Shown here: piece by piece, positions 1-8,430 of the stretch | How positions within the stretch are numbered: position 1 is the first letter of the stretch | Layout: each line of letters starts with the position of its first letter | Assembly (NCBI GenBank): GCA_050942955.1 | Contig: JBMNOG010000003.1 | Coordinates: 3,049-67,048 of the forward strand | Direction of reading: 5' to 3' | Source: Patescibacteria group bacterium | Lineage (GTDB): Bacteria; Patescibacteriota; Microgenomatia; UBA1400; UBA1449 | DNA length: 64,000 nt | The notes under the pieces: model-generated | The model's input: the letters and a program-made list of their open reading frames with translations, nothing else | The model's database searches: none | What the model was told of the DNA's origin: nothing | Position numbers and translations under genes: made by a program

Positions 1-28
1 TAATGAAAAAGTCTGGCTTGATACGCTT

Positions 29-2614
29 GTGGAAGGAGTACTTGGTATCTACTTCACTCCTTCTCAATTTGACGAAAACAAAAATACAGTTACTTCTGAG
101 GAAAGACGGCAACTGGAGCAGTTGTACAAAGAACATACTGAAGCAGTGCGTGCCGAAGCAGATGCCAGAGAAGGAACTGGAGTTTTAGTTACTGCTGATA
201 AGGTTAACTTAAAACAGCAACTGGAACTCATCGCTAAATACCGTGCAGAAAACATTGAACCTCTTAAGCAAGAAATTATAGAAGAGTTAATTACGAACTC
301 AGACCTGGATTTCGAAGATAGATATAAAGCCCAAGTTATTGAAGAGGCCATAGACAAGGTCGCCGAAAACGTAGTGCACCTAAAAGCAAACACTGTTATC
401 CGCGGTGAAGAAATAACTCCGGAAAAAACTCAGGCAGTTATAGAGCAAACGTTAGTCAAAAATCAAAAAGGGAGAATAATAAATACGCTAGGGGTTGGAG
501 CAAAAATAAGTGAATACGTTAAAGCTAAACCTCCTCAGAATTTCTCTCAATCATCTCTTAAGTATATAGATGCCAACCAAAAAGTAGCGCCAAACTTACA
601 TACCGTTATTGGTTACTATAAACGATGTGGACTTTCTTCAGACCAGGCTTTCACAGCCGCTCACTATTTTGATAAGTACAGCCAGAACGAGACGGTAGAC
701 AAAGCATTTCAAAAAGCCGCCCATGAAGTAGTTGGCAAGCAGTTTGACAAAATGTTTGTTAAAAACATTAGGCAAGGAATCGACGAAGAGGTACTTCCAC
801 CTAGCTATGTCTTAACCAGCCTTCGGACATTGGAGCGCTACCAACAAGACAGGACCTTCTATTTTACAAAGTCCGGAAAACTACACCTTGACTCAATTAA
901 GACAGCAGAAGGCAATGTTTCTATCGACCAAATACAACTGGATCTAAATAAAGAAAGAGCTCGTGAAGGATTAGAGTTCTTTACAAGACAACAGGTTGAA
1001 ACTGCTGTTTTAGGTCAAAATTTTTTAGATATAGTACATGAGCAGGAAGGTGCAAGATTAACAAGAAAAGGGGTAGTTTTTAGCGAAGCAGAACAACGTT
1101 TAAATCAGGTTTACCAGACACAACTGGCTGTTATTCAAGACATAAGAAACACGGCTCATAGAACCAGTCATTCTGAACTTTTTTCTAGAGATTACTTCGA
1201 TCCTTCCCACAGAACTCTGCCCGCAATTTTCCTAAGTGATGCAGTATATGAAGAAACGATATGGCAAGCGACCGATACTGCCGCCTCAGTAGAAGCTTCA
1301 TTAAATAATGATGTTGTTGTCAATATTGTCTCCTCTGAAGGAAAAAAGTATGTCAGTAGTCGGTTGAACACTTTTAAGAACCGTTTTGGTAATTCTCTTA
1401 TCACCAAAGCTGAACAGTGGGCAGTTGAAAACATGGCAAAGAAGGGATTAAAGGGGTTAGCGGCAAAGGGCTTGAGCAAACTCATTGGTGCCAGCATTCC
1501 GGTTCTCAATGCCATCGTTGCTGTTGACACTGCTTTAGAGTTAGCTGAAAAATTACCAGTAGTCGGTATTATTGCTAGACCGATAAAGGGGTTATGGGAT
1601 GGTCTCAAAAAGGCTGCCCTGGTTTTAGGCGGGACAGCCATTGCTGGGGTAGCTACCCTTGCCACATTCCTAATATCTAAGTTTGTAGGAGTTGTTGTTA
1701 GCGGGGGAATCGGAGCTATTGCTGGAGGAGTTGTTGGTGGAATCATTGGTTCTTCTTTTGGTCCATGGGGCACTGTTGCCGGAATCGGTATTGGTTCAAC
1801 CATTGGTACAAAAGCGAGTTTGTGGTTCTCTAACAGTGGGGGATTTTCTGGCTTGGCAACGAAAGCATCATCTGCAACAAGCTCAGTACTATCAGCCGGC
1901 GGAGGAGTAGTTGTCATCGCCGCACCAATTATTGCCATAAGTGCAGTGGCAGCCACAACTATGCTTATTAACAGTTCGCTTATGGCCGCATTTTCCTTAC
2001 CGCCATTTGACCAGCTTACCGAGTATTATCAAAACCTTCCTTATACTTCATTGTCTTGCGAAGACAGTAATGGTAACCCCATAGAAATCCCGGCAGGCTT
2101 TGCCAATGGGTTTCCTCTACAAGAAGGGCAAGTAACCGCAGGAACTTTCATGCACACCGGCAGAAGTGTTCACACAAACGCAATTGATATCGCTGTAAAA
2201 CCTGGAACAGAAGTTTTTGCTACCCACGATGGAGTCGTTAGGTTTGCCGGAATACAAGGTAGTCTGACTACTGGATACGGTAGGGTGGTCTTTTTGCAGG
2301 GCAGTGCTGAGGGTAAGGCATTTGAAACTCGCTACGCTCACCTACTTAGTATAGAAGAAGGAATCGTATCAGGAGCTGCAGTAAAGAGAGGAAAACGAAT
2401 CGGGTTGGTTGGCTCAACAGGCAACAGTAGTGGTCCGCATATTCATTATGAGTTAGTTGCAGACCAGTATTTTTCAAAAATTAATATTGCCTGTACACTT
2501 CCGATTAGTAATGATGCTAGAAACAGAATTATGAATGGTCAGAAAACAGGTACTGGGTGTTTAGGAGCTACACAATGCAATATTGATCTTACAAAAGATA
2601 TAATTAGCAACTAG
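29..2614 (+). CDS. Large membrane-spanning protein with a C-terminal M23 (LytM) peptidase domain. It has a long soluble coiled-coil-like N-terminal region and a glycine-zipper-rich transmembrane block at roughly aa 480-650. The true start is probably upstream of the window: the reading frame is open back to position 2.
   Basis: 861-aa ORF. The C-terminal region carries M23 metallopeptidase signatures (HTGRSVHTNAIDIAV..., GYGRVVFLQG..., HLLSIEEG..., GSTGNSSGPHIHYEL). The Gly/Ala/Ile-rich stretch (GGIGAIAGGVVGGIIG...) is typical of multi-pass or tape-measure-like proteins. There is no stop codon between window position 2 and the annotated GTG at position 29. Confidence 0.6.
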   Translation: MEGVLGIYFTPSQFDENKNTVTSEERRQLEQLYKEHTEAVRAEADAREGTGVLVTADKVNLKQQLELIAKYRAENIEPLKQEIIEELITNSDLDFEDRYKAQVIEEAIDKVAENVVHLKANTVIRGEEITPEKTQAVIEQTLVKNQKGRIINTLGVGAKISEYVKAKPPQNFSQSSLKYIDANQKVAPNLHTVIGYYKRCGLSSDQAFTAAHYFDKYSQNETVDKAFQKAAHEVVGKQFDKMFVKNIRQGIDEEVLPPSYVLTSLRTLERYQQDRTFYFTKSGKLHLDSIKTAEGNVSIDQIQLDLNKERAREGLEFFTRQQVETAVLGQNFLDIVHEQEGARLTRKGVVFSEAEQRLNQVYQTQLAVIQDIRNTAHRTSHSELFSRDYFDPSHRTLPAIFLSDAVYEETIWQATDTAASVEASLNNDVVVNIVSSEGKKYVSSRLNTFKNRFGNSLITKAEQWAVENMAKKGLKGLAAKGLSKLIGASIPVLNAIVAVDTALELAEKLPVVGIIARPIKGLWDGLKKAALVLGGTAIAGVATLATFLISKFVGVVVSGGIGAIAGGVVGGIIGSSFGPWGTVAGIGIGSTIGTKASLWFSNSGGFSGLATKASSATSSVLSAGGGVVVIAAPIIAISAVAATTMLINSSLMAAFSLPPFDQLTEYYQNLPYTSLSCEDSNGNPIEIPAGFANGFPLQEGQVTAGTFMHTGRSVHTNAIDIAVKPGTEVFATHDGVVRFAGIQGSLTTGYGRVVFLQGSAEGKAFETRYAHLLSIEEGIVSGAAVKRGKRIGLVGSTGNSSGPHIHYELVADQYFSKINIACTLPISNDARNRIMNGQKTGTGCLGATQCNIDLTKDIISN

Positions 2615-2619
2615 ACAAA

Positions 2620-3636
2620 ATGCTTTTACAAAAACGAAAAGTCTCACTAATTTCCGGACTCATACTCGCAGCTGTCGCCATAGCTTTAATAAGTGTAGTT
2701 TTATCAGTTGCAAAAAAGAGGCAGGCTATCCCTCCTCAGACACTACCCCAAACATCCCTGCCTCCGACTGAACAACAATTCTCCCTAAAATACAGCTATT
2801 TAGGAGAGTTACCAACCCTTCAGAGATCTGCTCCTGTATATACTTTTGAAGGTGAACAGATGCTAAATCAAGAGAGAGCTCTGGAGCTAGCAGCCCCCTG
2901 GGGATACTCTGGTGAGCCTCAAAGCTTTCCTGACACTTCAGGGACTGTGTTTGTATTTACTGATACAAACACCTCACTTACTATTTATTCCAGTCCCGCC
3001 CATCTTGAGTACATCGATTTTACAGAAAAACCTTTAGCAGCAATGCTTAGTGAAGAAGAACTACTAAATACTGCCTCTCTCTTCCTTTCGCAACGATTGT
3101 CTCATAGTAGACTCTTTGCATTGAGTAAGCCCTATATTACTTATAAGACCAGTGATGGTTTTAATATGTTTGACACAAGTTCCTTAGAGCAAGCAGACTA
3201 CGTAGAGCTGCGTTATACCTATACACTTGAAAGTCTTCCTGTTATTAGCAAAGAAACTCAGGATCACCCAATCGTACTACTCTTAAACGTAGATGGTTCA
3301 GTACGAAAAGCCAGCATTACTCTCTTTACTGAAAATCTTACTCCTCTTGGGACTACTCAACTTACAAAACCTCAAGAAGCCCTTAATGCTGTAAATAGTG
3401 GTTTAGGAACAATTTCAACACTACATGACCCCGAAGTCGCCTACACTCAAGTCCAACCTCAATCAATAACCCAAGCTGCCTTTCACTCTTTAGAGCTCAT
3501 TTATATTTATGATGCAGACAATCGGCAGATTCTTCCCTATTACCGCTTTTCAGGAATTGCTACCACAATTGATGAAAGGCGGTTGGAGATTGAGGTACTT
3601 CTAACTGCTTTACCTCAAGAAGTATTCCAAAAATAA
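2620..3636 (+). CDS. Hypothetical membrane-anchored protein. It has one N-terminal transmembrane helix and a Pro/Gln-rich linker.
   Basis: 338-aa ORF lying 5 nt after the stop of the upstream gene, so probably co-transcribed. N-terminal hydrophobic helix LISGLILAAVAIALISVVLSV. I recognise no known catalytic motif. Confidence 0.45.
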   Translation: MLLQKRKVSLISGLILAAVAIALISVVLSVAKKRQAIPPQTLPQTSLPPTEQQFSLKYSYLGELPTLQRSAPVYTFEGEQMLNQERALELAAPWGYSGEPQSFPDTSGTVFVFTDTNTSLTIYSSPAHLEYIDFTEKPLAAMLSEEELLNTASLFLSQRLSHSRLFALSKPYITYKTSDGFNMFDTSSLEQADYVELRYTYTLESLPVISKETQDHPIVLLLNVDGSVRKASITLFTENLTPLGTTQLTKPQEALNAVNSGLGTISTLHDPEVAYTQVQPQSITQAAFHSLELIYIYDADNRQILPYYRFSGIATTIDERRLEIEVLLTALPQEVFQK

Positions 3637-3640
3637 ATTG

Positions 3641-3713
3641 TGCGCGAACTAGGACTCGAACCTAGAACCACCAAGGTATAAGCTTGGCGCTCTACCAATT
3701 GAGCTATTCGCGC
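3641..3713 (-). tRNA. tRNA with anticodon UAU (DNA TAT). This is an Ile2-type tRNA that would read AUA. It is 73 nt long with no encoded CCA.
   Basis: The reverse complement folds into a canonical cloverleaf. Acceptor stem GCGCGAA/TTCGCGC. D-stem GCTC/GAGC. Anticodon stem CCAAG/CTTGG with loop CTTATAC (U33, anticodon TAT, A37). Variable loop TGGTT. T-stem CTAGG/CCTAG with T-loop TTCGAGT. Discriminator A. Confidence 0.65.
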
Positions 3714-3775
3714 ATCAGGGGAATTATACCAATAAATATCTACCCAGTTAATCCCTAAGCCTGAATGGCAAAACG

Positions 3776-6106
3776 TTACAATTTGGCTCTCTGGGCAATT
3801 TCAGCTTCAACCAACTCGCGGTCTTTTCCGTACTTAAGCCTCGACAACTGGACAATCATCTTCCCCAGTTTGGGGTTTTTTAGTTTGTTGTAGATATCCA
3901 TATCTTTGGAGAGATCTAAAGTAAACGGGGGAACAGGTTCATTGTTTACAATAGTTTTGCAAAAAATGTTGTAGCGTTCAATATTGATAAGATCAGTTTC
4001 TGTAAATACTGGCTGAAACTCGTGCTGAAGGTAGTTGGCATCCGTTACTCCTACACGGAACGCAACTAAAGTACCAACGTTACCAAAGATAGCGTTCTTG
4101 ACTTCATCCTCAATCTGACCAATAAACTGATTAGCAACAATTAAATTAAGATGATACTTTCTAGCCTCAGAAAGGATCTGGGCAAAGTCAGGAGTAGCAA
4201 AGTTCTGGAACTCGTCAACATATAAGTAAAAGTCAGGCCGCTGGTCTTCAGGTACGTCTTGTCTACTCATAGCGGCTAGTAATATCTTAGGAACCAGTAA
4301 AAGCCCCAAAAAGTTAGAGTTCTCTTCCCCTATTCTCCCCTTAGCAAGGTTAATAAGTAAAATCTTCTTCTCATCCATAACTTTCCGAAAATCAAATGCC
4401 GATGAACTTTGCCCAATAATATTTCTCATCATCTTATCAGTAACGAAACGACCGAACTTTGAGGTAATGTAGTCAAGAACTTCAGATTTATGGAAATCAG
4501 AAGTCTGGGCAATTTGATCCGTCCAGTAACGCCTGACAACCGGATCTTTAACTTTCGGTAGTAGTTCCTGGACAAACTTAGGATCAGTTAAAACCCTAAC
4601 GACTTCAATAAATGTCGAGCCCTTTTCGGACATAACCGTTAGCATGGCATTTCTGATAGCGTGTTCAAACCGTGGACCAATAATACCTGTTTTGTGAGGA
4701 TCATAAAGCTTGTACATAAGGCCAATAATAGCCGAGGCAACAAAGTGTTTCTGCTCTTCGGTATATGCTTCCATAATATTCATACCCATTGGCCGTTCCG
4801 TATCAGCCGGATTAAAGTAAATTACATCTTCTGCCCTTTCAGGAGGGATAAACTCAAGGATCTGTTCAACTGTGTCATGTGGATCAATAAAACAGACTCC
4901 ATGACCAGCTCTAATATCCTGGAGAATCAGATCAGTTAACATAACAGACTTACCTGTACCGGTTTTACCAATAATGTACATGTGCCGCTGGCGGTCTTTG
5001 TCGCTGATATACACATGTCTAGTAGTACCTCGATAAACATTTCTACCTAAATATGTACCTTCATGAGGAATACCGACCGGTGCCGGAGCCCGCTTGGCCG
5101 AGAGCCAGTGAATATGAGGTGTCTCCACGCTTTTATTGGGAAAGTGAAAAATAGTTGCCAGTTCTTCTGCAGATAGCACTGATTTACCTCCAAATATTGG
5201 TTGGTAACGGTAGATAAAATCAATCATAAAGGAGTGTTTAAATAATCTAAATTTCGGTTTAGTAAAACTGTTTAAGTCCGAACTAAACTGTTTAAAAACC
5301 CCAGTTAAATTATTAAGATGCATCTTGGCTCTAGGCAAATCAGTTGATGAAGCAACTATTCTAATAGTTGTATGAAAACCAACCTTGGAACACTTGTTCT
5401 CAATTGCATCATAGGTTTTGGGATCAATATTGTACTTCGCTTTCTCAGGATCAGATTCGTTTTTCTTGGTTTTAGAAATGTAGCTTTTTCCTGTATGGCT
5501 CCAGGTGTTATCAGCTGGAGAAATGATAATCTGGACAGCACAGCCTTCGCCATCACCCATCTTAGCCAGGGCTGAAGTAAGTGAAGACAGAGGATCAGTA
5601 GCTAAGTCTTTATAGACTTTTATAGGATTGTAGCTACTGGACTTAAGAATAAGGTTTGTATATGCAACTTTGCCATCTTCGGAAAAAATGTTGTACTCAT
5701 CGACTTCCCTAACATCTGCCGCTGGGTACGCTCCGAATATTTGTTTTTCAACTAAATCCTGAAGTTCTCTTGGTACAGCCACATAAAAACGAATGTCCTC
5801 CTTTTTGCCAACTATTTCAAAAGAGAGGTGTGGTTGAGCGCTAAGTTTTCCTTCCAAGCCAGACTTGTATATCGAGTGCAGTGAAGCAAACATCTGTTCT
5901 GCCGCATCAATTTTGATTTCATTATCCCGAGGTAGCGCTACCTGAAGCAAAACTGTATCTAGTGATACTTCCTCACGCTTCCGAAACTTGAAAAAGAGAA
6001 AGGCAAGGTAACCGACTATCCCAATACCGGTTAATGAAAGTAATGCAGTTACCGTTAAAACAAAGAAGTAACTAACTTGGCTGGTAAATGTTGATATTGG
6101 ATCCAT
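3776..6106 (-). CDS. Type IV secretion or conjugation-type P-loop ATPase. It is VirB4/VirD4 (TraG/TraD/TrwB)-like, with an N-terminal transmembrane anchor.
   Basis: 776 aa. N-terminal hydrophobic segment. Walker A HMYIIGKTGTGKSV. Walker B LYVDEFQNF. The RKYHLNLIVANQ motif is typical of VirB4, T4CP and HerA ATPases. I cannot decide between VirB4 and VirD4 from motifs alone. Confidence 0.6.
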   Translation of the reverse strand: MDPISTFTSQVSYFFVLTVTALLSLTGIGIVGYLAFLFFKFRKREEVSLDTVLLQVALPRDNEIKIDAAEQMFASLHSIYKSGLEGKLSAQPHLSFEIVGKKEDIRFYVAVPRELQDLVEKQIFGAYPAADVREVDEYNIFSEDGKVAYTNLILKSSSYNPIKVYKDLATDPLSSLTSALAKMGDGEGCAVQIIISPADNTWSHTGKSYISKTKKNESDPEKAKYNIDPKTYDAIENKCSKVGFHTTIRIVASSTDLPRAKMHLNNLTGVFKQFSSDLNSFTKPKFRLFKHSFMIDFIYRYQPIFGGKSVLSAEELATIFHFPNKSVETPHIHWLSAKRAPAPVGIPHEGTYLGRNVYRGTTRHVYISDKDRQRHMYIIGKTGTGKSVMLTDLILQDIRAGHGVCFIDPHDTVEQILEFIPPERAEDVIYFNPADTERPMGMNIMEAYTEEQKHFVASAIIGLMYKLYDPHKTGIIGPRFEHAIRNAMLTVMSEKGSTFIEVVRVLTDPKFVQELLPKVKDPVVRRYWTDQIAQTSDFHKSEVLDYITSKFGRFVTDKMMRNIIGQSSSAFDFRKVMDEKKILLINLAKGRIGEENSNFLGLLLVPKILLAAMSRQDVPEDQRPDFYLYVDEFQNFATPDFAQILSEARKYHLNLIVANQFIGQIEDEVKNAIFGNVGTLVAFRVGVTDANYLQHEFQPVFTETDLINIERYNIFCKTIVNNEPVPPFTLDLSKDMDIYNKLKNPKLGKMIVQLSRLKYGKDRELVEAEIAQRAKL

Positions 6107-6167
6107 GCTTATCTCTTAAGTAAATAAAGCTTTATAGACTAATTAAAATATTTATTGTAACACACAT

Positions 6168-6761
6168 TTATTGTGTGTCTTTTTTATAAAACACCCGCCC
6201 TGGATACAATAAAATGTTCCTGTGACACCATTCAGCAAGCCAGCGAATAGAGTCAACGACTTTATGGTGAAAAGCTTTTTCAATTTCTTCCTCATCTATA
6301 GGAAGTACGATGTTTGGTCTGGCTATTTGCGTGGATTTGATTAAAATTTCACCATATTCATCTTTTACTGGCTTTGGTAAAGTAACTGTTTGCGGGTTAG
6401 GGATTTCTTCTACCCACTCTTTTAATTCCAATGGTGGTTCAAACTCAGCCGCTACTTCTCTTACCGGCACTCTTTCAGGAGAAGTTGTTCCGGTTGTTTG
6501 TTCCTGCCTCTCCTTGTCTCGACTACCTACTGTTTGAACTTTTGTATCTGTTTTCTTTTGTGATGCAATAAGTTCTTGCAGTTCTTTATCTAAAGTATCA
6601 ACCGGCTTTTGTTTTTTTGTTAATTTCTGAACCTCTTGGGTTTCTTCATGTTTCTTTTTTTCTTCGAGCTGCGTGATTTGAGACTGAAGTTTGGCAACTG
6701 TTTGAGATGAAACCGAATCATCCTGAGACGAAACGGGTGAGTTTGGGGCAGAGTGATCCAT
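6168..6761 (-). CDS. Hypothetical protein. It has a low-complexity, charged coiled-coil N-terminal half and a conserved C-terminal region.
   Basis: 197-aa ORF packed tightly between cobA and the T4SS ATPase on the same strand. Ser/Gln/Lys/Glu-rich. No recognised motif. Confidence 0.4.
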   Translation of the reverse strand: MDHSAPNSPVSSQDDSVSSQTVAKLQSQITQLEEKKKHEETQEVQKLTKKQKPVDTLDKELQELIASQKKTDTKVQTVGSRDKERQEQTTGTTSPERVPVREVAAEFEPPLELKEWVEEIPNPQTVTLPKPVKDEYGEILIKSTQIARPNIVLPIDEEEIEKAFHHKVVDSIRWLAEWCHRNILLYPGRVFYKKDTQ

Positions 6762-6773
6762 GAAGATATGATA

Positions 6774-7397
6774 TCAAAAATCCAAACCTTTTACTGCTTT
6801 ATTTCCCAGATCATAGGGATGTTTTACCTTTTGCATTTGGGTTACTAAATCTGCGGACTCAACTAGCTCTTGAGTTGCATTTCTGCCAGTTAAAACAAGG
6901 TGAGTTTTCCCTCTTTTTTCAATCATCTGTTTAACCTTTTTCCAATCCAGCAGCTTCTCGGAAAGTGCATTACAGATCTCATCACAAACAATAACGTTGT
7001 ACTTTTCTTGTTTAAGTAATTCTTCAGTTTTTGAAAGTGCTTTCTCAGCCTCCTTTCTATGCTCTTCTGGGGTAGCTGTGTCTAAAACCACTCCGCCTCC
7101 TTTAAGTGAAGCTGTCTTTTGTTTTTCCGAAATTTTTGAGCTTTGAGCTGCTTTCTTTGCACTTAGCACTTGGCTCTTTGCGCTTTGTATATAAAACCCT
7201 CTTCCTAACACAAAAAAGTCTATGGGCATAAACTGAGGAAGTCTAAACTCGCTTATCTTCCAGGAAGCTTCTTTGTACCAGGCTATCCAGCCGACTTTCA
7301 GTCCAGCACAAACAGCTCTTACTGCCACCCCTAAGGCCGCGGAAGTTTTTCCTTTGCCATCTCCTGTAAAAACATACACCAGACCCTTTTGTTTCAT
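6774..7397 (-). CDS. cobA: Cob(I)alamin (cob(I)yrinic acid a,c-diamide) adenosyltransferase of the CobA/BtuR/CobO family.
   Basis: P-loop VFTGDGKGKTSAALGVAVRA. C-terminal HLVLTGRNATQELVESADLVTQMQKVKHPYDLGNKAVKGLDF, which aligns with the BtuR C-terminus. The protein carries a low-complexity insert. Confidence 0.8.
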   Translation of the reverse strand: MKQKGLVYVFTGDGKGKTSAALGVAVRAVCAGLKVGWIAWYKEASWKISEFRLPQFMPIDFFVLGRGFYIQSAKSQVLSAKKAAQSSKISEKQKTASLKGGGVVLDTATPEEHRKEAEKALSKTEELLKQEKYNVIVCDEICNALSEKLLDWKKVKQMIEKRGKTHLVLTGRNATQELVESADLVTQMQKVKHPYDLGNKAVKGLDF

Positions 7398-8065
7398 AGT
7401 TCTCCCATAGATTTAGTTTCTTTTTTCACTGCTTCTTCCCAGTTTGGTTTCAACGGAACATCAAAGCTTTTTAATATTACCTCTAGCTTTGGCAAAGGCA
7501 AACCAATTATGCCTGTCATACTACCATCAGTTTTTTCTACAAATGCCTCACCCAGTTCCTGGATAGCATACCCGCCCGCTTTATCCAGAGGTTTATTGGT
7601 TTCAACATAGTTTTCAATAAGCGAATCGGAAACAGGCTTAAAGGTAACACTAGAAACCGAGAAGTCAGTCATAAAGCGGTTTATTCTAGTATTGAGAACA
7701 GATATACCAGTAAAGACTTTATGGGTTCTGCCACACAAGCTCCTAAGCATTTTCTTAGCTCCTTCAAGGTCTTCAGGCTTACCAAATACGTGCCATTTTG
7801 CATCTTTTTCTAAAACAACAATAGTGTCGGCAGAAATAATAATAGTTTCACTTTCCCCATTACCTGATGCGTCTTTTGTAGGCAATCTTCCAACAACCTC
7901 TTTAGCTTTCGCTAAAGCTAGTTTAACTACCAATTCTTCAGGGGTTCTGGCGAGTTTAACAAACGCTTCTTCATTAAGATTGCTGGGAATAATTTGAAAC
8001 GTATCAATAATAAGTGAAAGCAGGTCTTTTCTTCTCGGAGATGAAGATGCCAGAATTATGTTCAT
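7394..8065 (-). CDS. maf: Maf-like nucleoside-triphosphate pyrophosphatase (house-cleaning, septum-associated).
   Basis: N-terminal ILASSSPRRKDLL Maf signature. Its 4-nt overlap with cobA suggests translational coupling. Confidence 0.75.
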   Translation of the reverse strand: MNIILASSSPRRKDLLSLIIDTFQIIPSNLNEEAFVKLARTPEELVVKLALAKAKEVVGRLPTKDASGNGESETIIISADTIVVLEKDAKWHVFGKPEDLEGAKKMLRSLCGRTHKVFTGISVLNTRINRFMTDFSVSSVTFKPVSDSLIENYVETNKPLDKAGGYAIQELGEAFVEKTDGSMTGIIGLPLPKLEVILKSFDVPLKPNWEEAVKKETKSMGEL

Positions 8066-8079
8066 AGGGGTATTGTACC

Positions 8080-8412
8080 TTATTTGTCAGGTTCAAATTC
8101 CCCGTTTCCCAATCGCTTCTCCAACCTTTTAAGCATCGCTCTATATTCTTTTTCTAAATCAATGTCATACTTTGTTGCCATCATAAAAAGGACATCCAGT
8201 ATATCGCAAAGAGAATCAGCTAGCCCTTCTTCGCCTTGCCAAGCCCTTCTTTTTGGTTTGGCTTTTTCAGCAACGAGGATCGCATTTGCAAGTTCCCCAA
8301 CTTCTTCCACCAAATCAACAAAGGTTGTCTTCTTATCCCACTGAACCGGAAACTTTTGGTGTAAGAGCTTGGTTTTTTCCTGAAGAGCCCTGAGAGATTT
8401 TAAATTTTTCAT
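8080..8412 (-). CDS. Small MazG-family nucleotide pyrophosphohydrolase.
   Basis: 110 aa. The EEVGELA...E.LAD..DVL pattern (VDLVEEVGELANAILV ... EEGLADSLCDILDVLFMM) is typical of MazG-like NTP-PPases. Confidence 0.7.
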   Translation of the reverse strand: MKNLKSLRALQEKTKLLHQKFPVQWDKKTTFVDLVEEVGELANAILVAEKAKPKRRAWQGEEGLADSLCDILDVLFMMATKYDIDLEKEYRAMLKRLEKRLGNGEFEPDK

Positions 8413-8430
8413 TTTAGGTTTTTAATTGTC

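Noticed and set aside
1192-1956. 254-aa antisense ORF inside the M23-peptidase membrane protein gene. The similar embedded ORFs 64-393 (-), 1692-1910 (+) and 2117-2341 (-) are treated the same way.
   Set aside because: They lie wholly within, and opposite or out of frame to, a well-supported long gene. Their low-complexity Pro/Ala/Thr composition is produced by the Gly/Ala-rich sense strand. They have no RBS.
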